Source of the DNA: an uncultured Chloroflexia bacterium
GTDB taxonomy: Bacteria; Chloroflexota; Chloroflexia; QHBQ01; JADMIH01
Assembly (NCBI GenBank): GCA_963797095.1
Contig: CAWCNY010000006.1
Coordinates: 448,001-512,000, forward strand
DNA: 64,000 bases
Direction of reading: 5' to 3'
This document shows positions 1 through 10,271 of this stretch, piece after piece. Within the stretch, counting starts at the first letter, position 1; each line of letters starts with the position of its first letter. Under the pieces are notes generated by a model. The model was not told the origin of the DNA. It worked only from the letters and a program-made list of their open reading frames with translations, and ran no database searches. Made by a program: the position numbers and the translations under genes.

Positions 1-1101
1 CCCCGCCAACAACTCCTTTCGCTGCTCCAAAGGCGCATCCAGAAGAACCTCCCCATCCAGATACAGCAAATCGAAGATCATACATGCTACCGGCACCTCC
101 GCCATCAACTCCTCCGAAACCACCTTCCTCCCAAGCCGCTTCTGCAATGCGCTGAACGCCAGACACCTCCCGTCGCTTTCCGAGTACGCCACGATCTCCC
201 CATCGAACAACACCGAGTGCGGAATTGCCCTCAGAGCATTCGCCACCTCAGGGAACCTGTGCTCCACCGGGTCCAGCGTCCGCGAGAAAATAGACACCCT
301 CTCCCCCTCTCGGTGCAACTGCGCCCTCACCCCATCGTACTTATCCTCAATAAAGACCCGCTCCTCCCCCCTGTTCCCCGCCTCCGTCACCACGTCCCCA
401 GGCTTCTCACCAGGCGTAGCCAGCATAAACTTCAGCGGGTGGAACAACCTCAGACTGGCCTGCTCAAGCCGCCCGTGCCGCGCCATCAACCCCGTCTCCC
501 CGATATCCCCCACCAGCATATTCACCCGCTGGATCTCCTCCGTAGCCACCCCCGCCATCCGCGCCAGCGCCTCCTCCACCAGCGACTCCTTCAGCCCCAT
601 CCGCATATCGCCCGTAACCAGCTTCACAATAAGCCGCGCCTCCAGCGGCGTAGCCCTCGACAAAAGCCCATGCAGCAGCATGGCCTTCTTCCCGGTCCCG
701 CGAGTAGTCGCGATCTCCTCAAACACCCTCACCGTCTCCTGCAAGCTCAACGGCTCTCCCGCCTCCCTCAACTCGGCGGGCATAATCTCCCGCGCTACAT
801 CCCCCATATCTCCCATAAGCACCACCAGCGCGTTATACTCGTCCGGCCCAATCCCCGAAAGCTGAATAAGCACATTAGAAGCCACGCTCCACCCCACATT
901 CAGCGTCCGGTCGTCCGACACCGGAAACGGACTACCTGCCAGCAACCTGCAAGCCAGCGACAAATCCGCATCCGACAACCCCGATAAATACCCCGCCAGG
1001 ATAGCCAGCTTCTCCAGCCTCTTAGAAGTAGCCCCAACAGCCTTCGCCACCTCCGAAAAAGCCCCAAAACTGCTCCCCTCAGAAATCACATAATCACTCA
1101 T
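1..1101 (-). CDS. lig: ATP-dependent DNA ligase (LigB-like), 5' part; runs off the window start
   Basis: Manual minus-strand translation from ATG at 1101 (MSDYVISEGSSFGAFSEVAKAV...) gives motif I EDKYDGVRAQLH, then IFSRTLD, motif III LFDGEIVA and motif IIIa IFDLLYLDG. Not in the ORF track because it is open at the edge. Confidence 0.93.
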   Translation of the reverse strand, partial: MSDYVISEGSSFGAFSEVAKAVGATSKRLEKLAILAGYLSGLSDADLSLACRLLAGSPFPVSDDRTLNVGWSVASNVLIQLSGIGPDEYNALVVLMGDMGDVAREIMPAELREAGEPLSLQETVRVFEEIATTRGTGKKAMLLHGLLSRATPLEARLIVKLVTGDMRMGLKESLVEEALARMAGVATEEIQRVNMLVGDIGETGLMARHGRLEQASLRLFHPLKFMLATPGEKPGDVVTEAGNRGEERVFIEDKYDGVRAQLHREGERVSIFSRTLDPVEHRFPEVANALRAIPHSVLFDGEIVAYSESDGRCLAFSALQKRLGRKVVSEELMAEVPVACMIFDLLYLDGEVLLDAPLEQRKELLAG

Positions 1102-1146
1102 AAGCGCATTATATCAAGCACCCACCCAATATGTCTCCATCAGAAA

Positions 1147-1372
1147 AGGGGTACAAGGGTAAAAAGGGGGTGCAGGGGTACTCCCCTGCCGGGGGGTTTG
1201 GGGGTGTCCCTCACACTTCCCCCACTATTTACTCTCCCCTCTCCCCGTATTCGGGGTGCCGACGAAGGAGGCGGGGGCAGGGGGTGAGGGGTGTTAGCCT
1301 GTGCTCACCAGCGGGTCTTAAGGGAAAACCTACCCTTGAAAGTGTCAGGGGAGAGGGGCAAGGGGTGTGGGG
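1147..1372. repeat. Cluster of G-rich REP/MITE-like palindromic elements
   Basis: GGGGTGCAGGGGTACTCCCCTGCCGGGGGGTTTGGGGGTGTCCC and CTCCCCTCTCCCC...GGGGGCAGGGGGTGAGGGG / GGGGAGAGGGGCAAGGGGTG hairpin-type units in a divergent intergenic gap. Confidence 0.6.
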
Positions 1373-1466
1373 TCCATCCTCACGATAATTTATCCCATAA
1401 GGAAAACAAATAAGAAGTCTTCATAAGAGGCGTCTCTTGACGCCACCCACCATGTAAGTTATCCTC

Positions 1467-2483
1467 ATGGACGAAATGTACCCAACTCACCACATCACCA
1501 CCATAGAATCCCACACAGCGGGCGAGCCTCTCCGCATAGTAACCTCCGGCGTCCCCATAATCCCCGGCGCCACCATCCTCGAAAAGCGCCGCTGGCTCCG
1601 CGAAAACCTCGACCACATCCGCCGCGCTCTCATGCACGAACCTCGCGGCCATGCCGACATGTACGGCTGCTACGTCACCCCTCCCGTCACCTCCGAAGCC
1701 CACCTCGGCGTCATCTTCATGCACAACGAAGGCTATTCCACCATGTGCGGCCACGGCGTGATCGCCCTCGCCACAGTTGCCGTCACCCACCGCTGGATCT
1801 CACCCACCTCCCCCGAAACCCGCGTCGGCCTCGACACCCCCGCAGGCTTCGTAGAGGCCTGGGTAGCCTGGGGCGGCTCACGCGCCACCGGCGTCCGCTT
1901 CCTCAACGTCGCCTCCTTCCTCCACACCCGCGACCTCTCAATAACCACCCCCTCCTTCGGCCCTCTCACTGTCGATATCGCCTTCGGAGGTGCCTTCTAC
2001 GCCTACATGGACGGCGCGCAGGTTGGCCTGGCCGTCCGCCCCGAAAACTATCGCGCCCTCATCCAGCTAGGCGACGAAGTCAAGCACGCAGTAGAAGCCA
2101 CCCTCGACGTAGTCCACCCCACCGAGCCTGAACTCCAGGGCATCTACGGCACCATAATCGACGGCCCGCCCCTCTCCCCCGGAGCCAACCAATCCAACGT
2201 CTGCGTCTTCGCCGACAGAGAAGTAGATCGCTCCCCCACAGGCACAGGCACCGCCGGTCGCGTGGCTCAACTCTACGCCCGTGGCCGCCTCGCCCTCGAC
2301 GAACCCCTCATCAACGAAAGCATAATAGGCACCCGCTTCACAGGCCGAGCCATCCGAGAAACCACAGTGGGCCCCTACCCCGCCATCATCCCCGAAGTCT
2401 CAGGTCAGGCCCATATCACCGGCTCCGCCACCTGGACAATCGACCCCACCGACCCCATAGCGGGTGGTTTCTTCCTCCGCTAG
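1467..2483 (+). CDS. Proline racemase family protein, Cys/Thr type (probable trans-3-hydroxy-L-proline dehydratase)
   Basis: SHTAGEPLR, EPRGHADMYG, STMCGHG (catalytic Cys) and DRSPTGTG (Thr in place of the second Cys). Confidence 0.88.
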   Translation: MDEMYPTHHITTIESHTAGEPLRIVTSGVPIIPGATILEKRRWLRENLDHIRRALMHEPRGHADMYGCYVTPPVTSEAHLGVIFMHNEGYSTMCGHGVIALATVAVTHRWISPTSPETRVGLDTPAGFVEAWVAWGGSRATGVRFLNVASFLHTRDLSITTPSFGPLTVDIAFGGAFYAYMDGAQVGLAVRPENYRALIQLGDEVKHAVEATLDVVHPTEPELQGIYGTIIDGPPLSPGANQSNVCVFADREVDRSPTGTGTAGRVAQLYARGRLALDEPLINESIIGTRFTGRAIRETTVGPYPAIIPEVSGQAHITGSATWTIDPTDPIAGGFFLR

Positions 2484-2544
2484 CTCCACTTAAACACCCT
2501 AACGAATTGAGGGTACGCTTTAGCTGTCCCTCAATTCTTTATCC

Positions 2545-2960
2545 CTAACTTACCCCTACCCAACTCTGTATCAAACTTGACATAAAGTAGACAATGAACG
2601 CCACCGTCACCAGCCACATCAGCGGGTGCACCTTCCCACCCTTCCCCGTGAACAGCATCATCGCAGTAAACAGGATAAACCACATCCCAATTCCGTCGGT
2701 GATCGAATACGTGAGCGGCATAGCTATCATGGTGATTAGCACCGGGAATGCCTCCTTGAAGTCCCCACAATGATCAGCGCTGGCGCGGCAGCCTGGCTCG
2801 GCACAACCGCTATGATCGGCGTAAAGAACGGCACCAGCAGGAACAAAACCCCTACCGTCACCGCCACTAACCCCGTGCGCCCGCCCTGCGATACGCCCGC
2901 CCCCAACTCGATATATGTTGTCGCACTGCTTGCCCCAAGCGATCCGCCCACGATAGTCCC
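2545..2960 (-). pseudogene. 3' remnant of an NCS2/AzgA-type purine permease
   Basis: GASSATTYIELGAGVSQGGRTGL...APALIIVG in one frame, DFKEAFP...MPLTYSITDGIG in another (internal deletion/frameshift near 2762). The 5' two-thirds are missing and the gene is cut at a REP hairpin. Confidence 0.8.
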
Positions 2961-3154
2961 GAAGGGACGCAAGAACCTGGCCGAGGCGCAGCCCCTGTGC
3001 TAAGCCCAGGGAATCACCAAGTCCTGTAGGGACGTAAGAGAGTAGCCCAGGGCGTAGGCCCTGTGGTAAGCCCAAGATAACACCATAGCCCTGTAAGGGC
3101 GTAAGAGCTCTACGATCCTGTCTGGTACATTCCTCTTACGTCCCTACAGGGCTA
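2955..3154. repeat. REP/BIME-like array
   Basis: Repeated AGTCC(C/T)G(A/TA)AGGGACG(C/T)AAGA / AGCCCTGTAAGGGCGTAAGAG units with AGCCCAGGGCG...GCCCTG hairpins, and an inverted copy CTCTTACGTCCCTACAGGGCT at 3133-3153. Confidence 0.7.
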
Positions 3155-3171
3155 TACTAGGGATGCTCCTA

Positions 3172-5646
3172 CTACCGGTCGTGCGCCAGCAGATCGGCAG
3201 TCGTCTGGCTCGTTTCAACCTCAAGTAGTAGAGCCTCCTCAGGGATCGGGCATCTAAACGTAATCGCCGTCCCCTTGTTCTTCCTCGCCCTAATAACCAT
3301 CTCCCCGCCCGCGTCACTGATCCTCTGCCGCATCGACTGTAGCCCGATCTTGTCCCCGGCGCGCTCTTTCTGCATCGCCTCTTCCACGTTAAACCCCTTG
3401 CCATCGTCCGTAACTCTCATCACTAGGCTATGCCCCTCAATCGACAGCGCCAATTCCACCTGGCTTGCTCCTGAATGCTTACGCACGTTCGCCAGCAATT
3501 CCTGGGCCAACCTGTACATAAGCAATTCCATATAGGCCGGCAAGCGTGTACGCACCTTGTTCTTGAGCGTCGCCTCGATCCCCGTCACCTCGGAAAATCG
3601 GTCAATATGATCGTGTAGCGCGGAGATGAGGCCGTACGTATTCAGCACCTCGAGGCTCAACCCTGACAGGATCCCGCGCACTTCCTCCACTATCCCTACT
3701 ATTATATTGCGCACATACTGTAACTCATCCCCAGCCTCGTAATGCTCGCCACGCTCATACCTTCTGAGCGCCCTGTCCAGCGCCAGCAGCGATACCCCCA
3801 ACGATTGCAGAGGCCCATCGTGTATCTCCATCGATAATCGCCTCCGCTCGGCCTCTTGTGCGTTCAATAGCTGTGCCAGCAGTTGGGCTTGCGCTGCGGC
3901 GCTCTGCTGGAGGTCGCGTTCCGTCTTCACCCGCTCATCAAGCTCCCTCTGCGCCTCCGAATATAGCTGCGCGTTTTGCAAAGCCAGCGACGCCAGCTTG
4001 GCGAACCGCTCCAAAAGAGCCATCTCGTCAGGGCTGACCACCCGCCCCTCGTTGAAGAACGCTACCCCTATGACGCCCACGACCTCGCCCCCTACCTTCA
4101 ACGGAATCCCTGCCACAGCATGAATGGTCATATAGTCCAGGTTCGTACTTCGACCCGCCCACAAATGGTAGTCATCTGTGGCAAGCACTTCCCCCGTCTC
4201 CCATACCCTCCCCGCGATCCCTTCCCCACGCCTCAGCGAATAGCCGAGATTCGTATGGAAAAAGCCTGTCCCAGTACGTACCACCAGGTGCGGTTCGGCG
4301 ATATGCTCGTCTGCCGGTTCTATCAAATATAAATAGGCATGGGGCGTATCGATCAATTCCGACGCCTTGTTCACCAACGTTTCGAGCAAGCTTTCCGGGT
4401 CGAGACGGTTGATTATCCCAAGTGCCGTGTCGTGCAGCGTGGTCAGTTCCTCGTTCTGCCGTATCAGCGCCTTCTGTACCCTCATCCGCTCTTCAAGCTC
4501 CTGCTGCGCGGCGGCATACAACCTGGCGTTTTGCAGCGCCAGCGATGCAAGCTTCGCCAGCCTCTCAAAGAGCGCCACCTCCTCCGGCTTGACAGTGCGG
4601 CCTTCCTCGAAGTACGCCATGCCCAGCACCCCTGCTACTTCATCCCCAATAGTGAGTGGCACCGACAGCGCCGCATAAATCGGCATATAGTCCAGTGTAG
4701 AACGCCTGCCTCGCCAGCGGCTGTAATCATCCACTTTGATCGTCTGCCCTGTACGCCACACCTGCTCGGTAAGCCCATCACCAAACGGTAGCGGCTGCCC
4801 CACCTCAATCGAAAAGAACCCTGAGGCCGCAGGCATCAGCAGATACTTCTCCCCGTGCTTGTTCTCCTTCACCACGCACACAAACACATGTGATGTGTCA
4901 AGCAGCGTACAAGCCTTATTCACGATCGCTTCGAGCAGACTGTCAGGGTCCAGCCTATTAATGATGCCAAGTGTTGTCTCATGCAGTGCTGCCAACTCTT
5001 CATTCTGCTTGCGCAATGCTTCTTCGGCCTGCCTGCGGCTCGTAATATCGTGCACAATCGAATACAGGTACGTATGTTCGCCGAAGGAGATCGGCCCTGA
5101 GTGAACTTCTACATCACGTACTTCACCCGAAGCGAGCCTGTGCTTGAACACGAAATACGCGCGCTCCTCCTTGCGAGCACGCTCCATCTCCGCCTGCACC
5201 TCTTCCTGGGGTAGCGTGTTGATCTGGCTGACCTTCATACCAAGCAGTTGCTCGAGCGTGTAACCGTAAAACTCAGCTGCTGATTGGCTTGCATCAATGA
5301 TCCTTCCATCCGTCGGGTCGATCAGCAGCTTGATGGCGCGGTTTCGCTCAAACATCTGCCGGTAGCGTTCTCCCGTTTCCCTCAACTCCTGCTCGGTCTC
5401 AAGCAACTCTTTGGTGCTCCGGTGGATCAGCCAGTACAATAGCAAAGCATTGGCCGCTATGTAAATCCACCCCTTGATAGTCTGGAGAAACGACCTGAGA
5501 GTGTAGTCGGGAACGAGAAAATCGAGCAGCCTGTCGGTCACCAGGATCCATAACGCCCCCACGATCAAATAAACAATAATGATCCTGGTGGTGAGGACCG
5601 TTAGCTTTGAAGGCTTAGGGGCGTTCGGCAGGTGTTTCATGGTCAA
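3172..5646 (-). CDS. Membrane sensor histidine kinase (2 TM, PAS, GAF, GAF, HisKA_3, HATPase)
   Basis: AERRRLSMEIHDGPLQSL H-box, NVRKHSGAS N-box, DDGKGF and IGLQSMRQR G-boxes; two GAF repeats. Confidence 0.92.
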   Translation of the reverse strand: MTMKHLPNAPKPSKLTVLTTRIIIVYLIVGALWILVTDRLLDFLVPDYTLRSFLQTIKGWIYIAANALLLYWLIHRSTKELLETEQELRETGERYRQMFERNRAIKLLIDPTDGRIIDASQSAAEFYGYTLEQLLGMKVSQINTLPQEEVQAEMERARKEERAYFVFKHRLASGEVRDVEVHSGPISFGEHTYLYSIVHDITSRRQAEEALRKQNEELAALHETTLGIINRLDPDSLLEAIVNKACTLLDTSHVFVCVVKENKHGEKYLLMPAASGFFSIEVGQPLPFGDGLTEQVWRTGQTIKVDDYSRWRGRRSTLDYMPIYAALSVPLTIGDEVAGVLGMAYFEEGRTVKPEEVALFERLAKLASLALQNARLYAAAQQELEERMRVQKALIRQNEELTTLHDTALGIINRLDPESLLETLVNKASELIDTPHAYLYLIEPADEHIAEPHLVVRTGTGFFHTNLGYSLRRGEGIAGRVWETGEVLATDDYHLWAGRSTNLDYMTIHAVAGIPLKVGGEVVGVIGVAFFNEGRVVSPDEMALLERFAKLASLALQNAQLYSEAQRELDERVKTERDLQQSAAAQAQLLAQLLNAQEAERRRLSMEIHDGPLQSLGVSLLALDRALRRYERGEHYEAGDELQYVRNIIVGIVEEVRGILSGLSLEVLNTYGLISALHDHIDRFSEVTGIEATLKNKVRTRLPAYMELLMYRLAQELLANVRKHSGASQVELALSIEGHSLVMRVTDDGKGFNVEEAMQKERAGDKIGLQSMRQRISDAGGEMVIRARKNKGTAITFRCPIPEEALLLEVETSQTTADLLAHDR

Positions 5647-5696
5647 TCCTCGCGCACGGTGGCTCGCGCCACTTTTTGCGCCGAAATATGAAAGAA

Positions 5697-7865
5697 TCAG
5701 CTGCCCGTGGTCAAAAGTGCCCCGTCGTCACTGATTTCATTGTATAGCAGCATATGCCTTTCCGCAATACTTTCCCACGAGAAATAGCGCGCTAACACCC
5801 TTTCCCCACGCACAAGCCTCTCCCTCAACTCCCCATCCCCCGCCATTCGCTCAATTGCATCCACCAGCGCCCCATCATCCCCCGCACGCACCAGCAGCGT
5901 GTTCTCTCCGTCCACCAGCCTCGGCATCTCACCACCCCAACCTCCGCCCTCCGCATCCTGCTCCTTGCGTGTAGTGATCAGAGGCAATCCATGTTCCAGC
6001 ACCGCCAACAAACTCCCCCTCCGAAAAGAAGCCCCATCCGCGAATGGCAGCACAGCCATATCAGCAGCCAATAGCGCAGCCGACACCTCCCGCGCCTCCA
6101 AATATCCCGTCCACACAATACTCTCCCCCACCCCCAATTCACGCGCCAACCCATCCACCTCTTGTGCCGTAGCCCGGTTAGTAGGGTCGCTCGACCCCAA
6201 CCCACCGCCCACCATAAGCAGCCTGTACCGCCCCGGCACTCTTCCCTCCAATTCCGCCACAGCCCGCAAAAGGCTATCTAACCCCTTGCTGCTGCTGAGG
6301 AACCCGAAATAAGCCAGCACAACCGTGCCCACATCAATCCCCCGCTTCCCTCTCCATTCTTCCCTATCAAACCCCTCAGGTGGCTCTCTCCTGATATTCG
6401 ACCCTATCGGGATCACCTCCACCCTCTCCACTCCCCACCCCCTCAACTGTGCCCCATCCTCAGCATTAGTAGCGATCACCGCCTTCGCGCTCCTCGCCAT
6501 CACCCGGTTCACCAACTCCCTCACCCGCCCCGCCTTCGGGAACAAATAAGGCACCAGCAGATCGTGAAAAGTAACCACAGTCGGCCTTCTCCCCACCAAT
6601 CTCAACACCAGCGGCGCGAAATTGATCCCCGGCCTCATATCATAAGCCCCTGTCTGGTACTGAATATGCGCCACCCTCCCTCCGCTCCCCCTCATCACCC
6701 TCCTGATAGCCCCCACTGTCACCCGTCCCGCCCAGTGCACTCTCAACATCCCCCCACTCATATACCCCGCTCCATCCCTCTCCTCCCCCCTCGCTTTTCT
6801 CGTCAGCACCCTCGCCCTCACTCCGCGCTCCTCCAGCGCAACGGCCAGCTTACAAGTGTAATCTCCAACCCCACCCCTCGCCGGAGGAAACTCCCCCGTA
6901 ATCAACACCACCCCACCCTTCCTATCCCAACTCCTTCTCTCGCGCAACCCGCTCCCCAACACCTCCACGTACATCCGCACCCGCTCGGCCCGCATCTCCC
7001 GCTTGTGCCCCACCACCCACTTCGCCCCCTCCACCGCCAACTGCCCCACATAAGTCCCAACCAAATACCACCGCACCAATCTCCCCACCACTCGCCCCTC
7101 GTGCACCCGAAAATACCGCGCCTTGCTCGTATTAAAATGTATATGCCTCCCCGCCACCGCCTGGTCGGTGCTCCGCCCTCCAAAATGCGTGATCTCGGCC
7201 TCCGGCACATAAGCCACCCGCCACCCCGCCTCCCCCGCCCTCCTGCACAGGTCCATCTCCTCGCTGAACATAAAATACCCCGTATCGAACGGCCCCACCT
7301 GCTCCAGCATCTCCCGCCTGCATATCAAAGCCGCCCCGCTCACCCAGTCCACGTATTGCTCCTCGTCGTCCCCTCTATCTTCCACATAAAACCGCCTCAA
7401 CACCCCCGCACCCCCCAAATACCTCTGCAAAGGCGTAAACTCCACAAGCGCCGTCCAAACAGTAGGAAACCGCCTCCGCGATGACTGCGTGCTCCCATCC
7501 CCATTCACCAGCCTCGGCCCCGCGATCCCCACCTCCCTATGCCCCTCCATGTACTCGCACAGTTTAGCAATCGACCCCCCATGCGCCACTGTATCGGGAT
7601 TGAGCACCAGCACATACCTCCCCCTCGCCGCCCTTATCCCCACGTTGTTCCCCCTTGTAAACCCTCTGTTCTCACCAAGCGCGATCACCCTCACCCCCGG
7701 AAACTCCCCCCGCACCATCTCCACGCTCCCATCCACCGACCCATTGTCCACCACGATCACTTCCGTCCGCTCCCACCATCCCCCACACGCCTCTGGCAGC
7801 GCGCGCAAACACGCGGCCAGCATCTCGGCCACGTTCCAATTCAGGATTACTATGCTCAGCTCCAC
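5697..7865 (-). CDS. Bifunctional GT2 + GT4 glycosyltransferase fusion
   Basis: N-terminal SIVILNWN...VVDNGSVDG...LNPDT...FSEEMDLC (GT2); C-terminal GEFPPARGGVGDY...FGFLSSSKG...HGLPLITT (GT4). Confidence 0.9.
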   Translation of the reverse strand: MELSIVILNWNVAEMLAACLRALPEACGGWWERTEVIVVDNGSVDGSVEMVRGEFPGVRVIALGENRGFTRGNNVGIRAARGRYVLVLNPDTVAHGGSIAKLCEYMEGHREVGIAGPRLVNGDGSTQSSRRRFPTVWTALVEFTPLQRYLGGAGVLRRFYVEDRGDDEEQYVDWVSGAALICRREMLEQVGPFDTGYFMFSEEMDLCRRAGEAGWRVAYVPEAEITHFGGRSTDQAVAGRHIHFNTSKARYFRVHEGRVVGRLVRWYLVGTYVGQLAVEGAKWVVGHKREMRAERVRMYVEVLGSGLRERRSWDRKGGVVLITGEFPPARGGVGDYTCKLAVALEERGVRARVLTRKARGEERDGAGYMSGGMLRVHWAGRVTVGAIRRVMRGSGGRVAHIQYQTGAYDMRPGINFAPLVLRLVGRRPTVVTFHDLLVPYLFPKAGRVRELVNRVMARSAKAVIATNAEDGAQLRGWGVERVEVIPIGSNIRREPPEGFDREEWRGKRGIDVGTVVLAYFGFLSSSKGLDSLLRAVAELEGRVPGRYRLLMVGGGLGSSDPTNRATAQEVDGLARELGVGESIVWTGYLEAREVSAALLAADMAVLPFADGASFRRGSLLAVLEHGLPLITTRKEQDAEGGGWGGEMPRLVDGENTLLVRAGDDGALVDAIERMAGDGELRERLVRGERVLARYFSWESIAERHMLLYNEISDDGALLTTGS

Positions 7866-7956
7866 GACAATGAGTTTAGCACGCCCTCCCGCGCGTTGAC
7901 AACTTATGCGCGGCTCACCTAGAATAACTCTGAGTACACCATCAACAAAGCAAAGT

Positions 7957-8048
7957 TGTAGGGACGAGGCATGCCTCGCCCTCTACGAGGTTGTATACAC
8001 CAAGAGTTCACTTCCCCCAACAAGGACAAGGTCTGCCTCGCCCCTCTC
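7957..8048. repeat. REP-like palindrome pair
   Basis: GTAGGGACGAGGCATGCCTCGCCCTCTAC followed by degenerate GGACAAGGTCTGCCTCGCCCCT. Confidence 0.65.
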
Positions 8049-8126
8049 GCGAATTCATTCTTCCAACAGCTTTGTTGGTCTTGTACTGAATGGGCATCTG
8101 GCCCCATCACCAGGAGAGCACTCCCA

Positions 8127-9821
8127 ATGCAAACGGACGACGACGCACCCCATCCCCACAAACCCTGGCTCGCCCACTACGAGCCTGAAGTCCCCCCCAC
8201 GCTCGACCTCCCCGACCTCACCCTCCCCGCCTTCTTCGAGCGCGTAGCCACCGATTACCCCAACACCACCGCCACCATCTTCTTCGGCGAGCGCCTTACC
8301 TACGCCCAGCTAAACGACCACGCCAACCGCTTCGCCGCTGGCCTGCAAGCCCTCGGCGTCCTCCCCGGCGACCGTGTAGCCATTATCCTCCCCAACTGCC
8401 CCCAGTTCCTCGTCTCCTTCTTCGGCGTCCTCAAAGCGGGCGCGGTAGCCATGCCCCTCAACCCCGCCTACGTAGCCCGCGAGCTAAAGAACCAGTTCAA
8501 CGACGCCGGTGTAAAAACCGTCATAGCCCTCAACACAGTCACCCATCGCGTCCTCGACATCCTCCCCGAAACCCCCATCGATCGCCTCATCGTCACCTGG
8601 ATGCAAGACACCCTCTCCCCCCTCATGGCCCTCATGCTCAGCGTCAAAGAGCGCCGCGACGCCACCGCCACCCACATATCCGGCGACAACATCTACCACT
8701 ACGCCGGCCTCCTGAAAAACAACCCCCTCGACCACACCCCCTCCACCGCCACCCCCGACGATACCGCCGTCCTCCTCTACACAGGCGGCACCACCGGCAC
8801 CCCCAAAGGTGCCATGCTCTCCCACCTCAATCTCGTTTCCAACGCCCTCCAGATGAACGCCTGGGTCTGGGATACCACCCCCCACAAGCACGACATCTAC
8901 CTCGGCGTGATCCCCTTCTTCCACAGCTACGGCCTCACCGTCGTCATGAACCTCGCCATCTCCTCCGCCTCCTCCATAGTCCTCCTCCCCCGCTTCGTCA
9001 TGAAAGACGTCCTCCGCGCCATCGCCCGCTGGCGGCCAACCGTCTTCCCCGCCGTGCCCACCATCTACAACGCCATCGCCCACCACCCCCTTTCCTCCGG
9101 CTACGACCTCCGCTCAATCCGCGTCTGCATCTCCGGTGCCGCCCCCCTCCCCCTCGAAGTCCAGCAATCCTTCGAGAGTGTCACGGGCGCTCGCCTCGTC
9201 GAAGGCTATGGCCTCACCGAAACCTCCCCCGTCACCCACTGCAACCCCGTCTACGGCGAGCGTCGCACCGGCAGCATCGGCCTCCCCATCCCCCAGACCG
9301 AAGCCCGCATACTCCACCCCAACTCCGGCCAACCCCTCCCCCTCGGCGAAGTAGGCGAGCTAGCCGTTCGCGGCCCCCAAATAATGCAAGGCTACTGGGC
9401 CAACCCCGAAGAAACCGTCGCCATGATCCGCGACGGCTGGTTACACACAGGCGACATGGCCCGCCAGGACGAAGCCGGCTACTTCTACTTAGTAGACCGC
9501 AAGAAAGACCTCATCCTGGTCGACGGCTTCAACGTCTACCCAAGGGAAGTAGAAGACGCCCTCTACGAAAACCCCAAAGTGCGCGAGGTAGTAGTAGCAG
9601 GCATCCCCGACAAGCGCCACGGCGAAATAGTCAAAGCCTACGTAGTCCTCCAGCCCGAAGCCGAAGTAACCGAGCGCGAGCTACGCCGCTTCCTCGCTGA
9701 TCGCCTCGCCGAATACAAACTCCCCGCCCGCATAGAATTCCGCGAAAGCCTACCCAAAAGCACAGTAGGCAAATACCTCCGCCGCGAACTCGTCGCCGAA
9801 GAGCTAGCAAGGGATTCGTAA
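8127..9821 (+). CDS. fadD: Long-chain fatty acid--CoA ligase
   Basis: YTGGTTGTPKG, EGYGLTETSP, GWLHTGD, LPKSTVGK; ATG at 8127 follows an AGGAGA RBS. Confidence 0.9.
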   Translation: MQTDDDAPHPHKPWLAHYEPEVPPTLDLPDLTLPAFFERVATDYPNTTATIFFGERLTYAQLNDHANRFAAGLQALGVLPGDRVAIILPNCPQFLVSFFGVLKAGAVAMPLNPAYVARELKNQFNDAGVKTVIALNTVTHRVLDILPETPIDRLIVTWMQDTLSPLMALMLSVKERRDATATHISGDNIYHYAGLLKNNPLDHTPSTATPDDTAVLLYTGGTTGTPKGAMLSHLNLVSNALQMNAWVWDTTPHKHDIYLGVIPFFHSYGLTVVMNLAISSASSIVLLPRFVMKDVLRAIARWRPTVFPAVPTIYNAIAHHPLSSGYDLRSIRVCISGAAPLPLEVQQSFESVTGARLVEGYGLTETSPVTHCNPVYGERRTGSIGLPIPQTEARILHPNSGQPLPLGEVGELAVRGPQIMQGYWANPEETVAMIRDGWLHTGDMARQDEAGYFYLVDRKKDLILVDGFNVYPREVEDALYENPKVREVVVAGIPDKRHGEIVKAYVVLQPEAEVTERELRRFLADRLAEYKLPARIEFRESLPKSTVGKYLRRELVAEELARDS

Positions 9822-9833
9822 ACTTCCCTCAGC

Positions 9834-10271
9834 TTACTCCTTATCAAATCTTGGAGGATGCAAACCGACGAAGTGAAGAACACGCCATAAATTGACAACG
9901 CCTTCACGGTTCAGGTGCAGCATTTCAATCGTAGCACGTCCCATTGGCGTCAAGCCAACCAGCAACGCATAGTCGGCGCTCCAAGCGAAATGCTCTGCCC
10001 ATGTATGAAGGCGCGGATTATACAGGGATACAATCTCCCCCGTAGCAGGGTCGACGCCGGTTATTTTCGTATATTTGTGACCATTACAGCCCTGACACGA
10101 AAGTGCCAGATTATCCAGGTTTGACTTACCCCCGCGCCTTCGGGGCATTATATGCTCAATGGAGAATCGGTCGTTTGAGAAGTTGGCCTGACTTAAGCAA
10201 TAGTCGCAACAGTCATGCGCCCTCTTAGCGACCCGTTCTTTTCGCCTGGTGGAAATGTGCGCCTCAGTCAT
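9834..10271 (-). CDS. HNH endonuclease
   Basis: CDYC...IEHIMP...NLALSCQGCNGHK zinc/HNH motif. Confidence 0.88.
   Translation of the reverse strand: MTEAHISTRRKERVAKRAHDCCDYCLSQANFSNDRFSIEHIMPRRRGGKSNLDNLALSCQGCNGHKYTKITGVDPATGEIVSLYNPRLHTWAEHFAWSADYALLVGLTPMGRATIEMLHLNREGVVNLWRVLHFVGLHPPRFDKE

Noticed and set aside
217-987. Long plus-strand ORF (also 6564-7484, 12214-12822 and similar P/H/R-rich ORFs)
   Set aside because: Shadow frames antisense to real genes, kept open by the C-rich top strand; no motifs or RBS.
2955-3154. CRISPR array
   Set aside because: Units are degenerate, irregularly spaced and partly inverted, and no cas genes are present; fits REP/BIME better.
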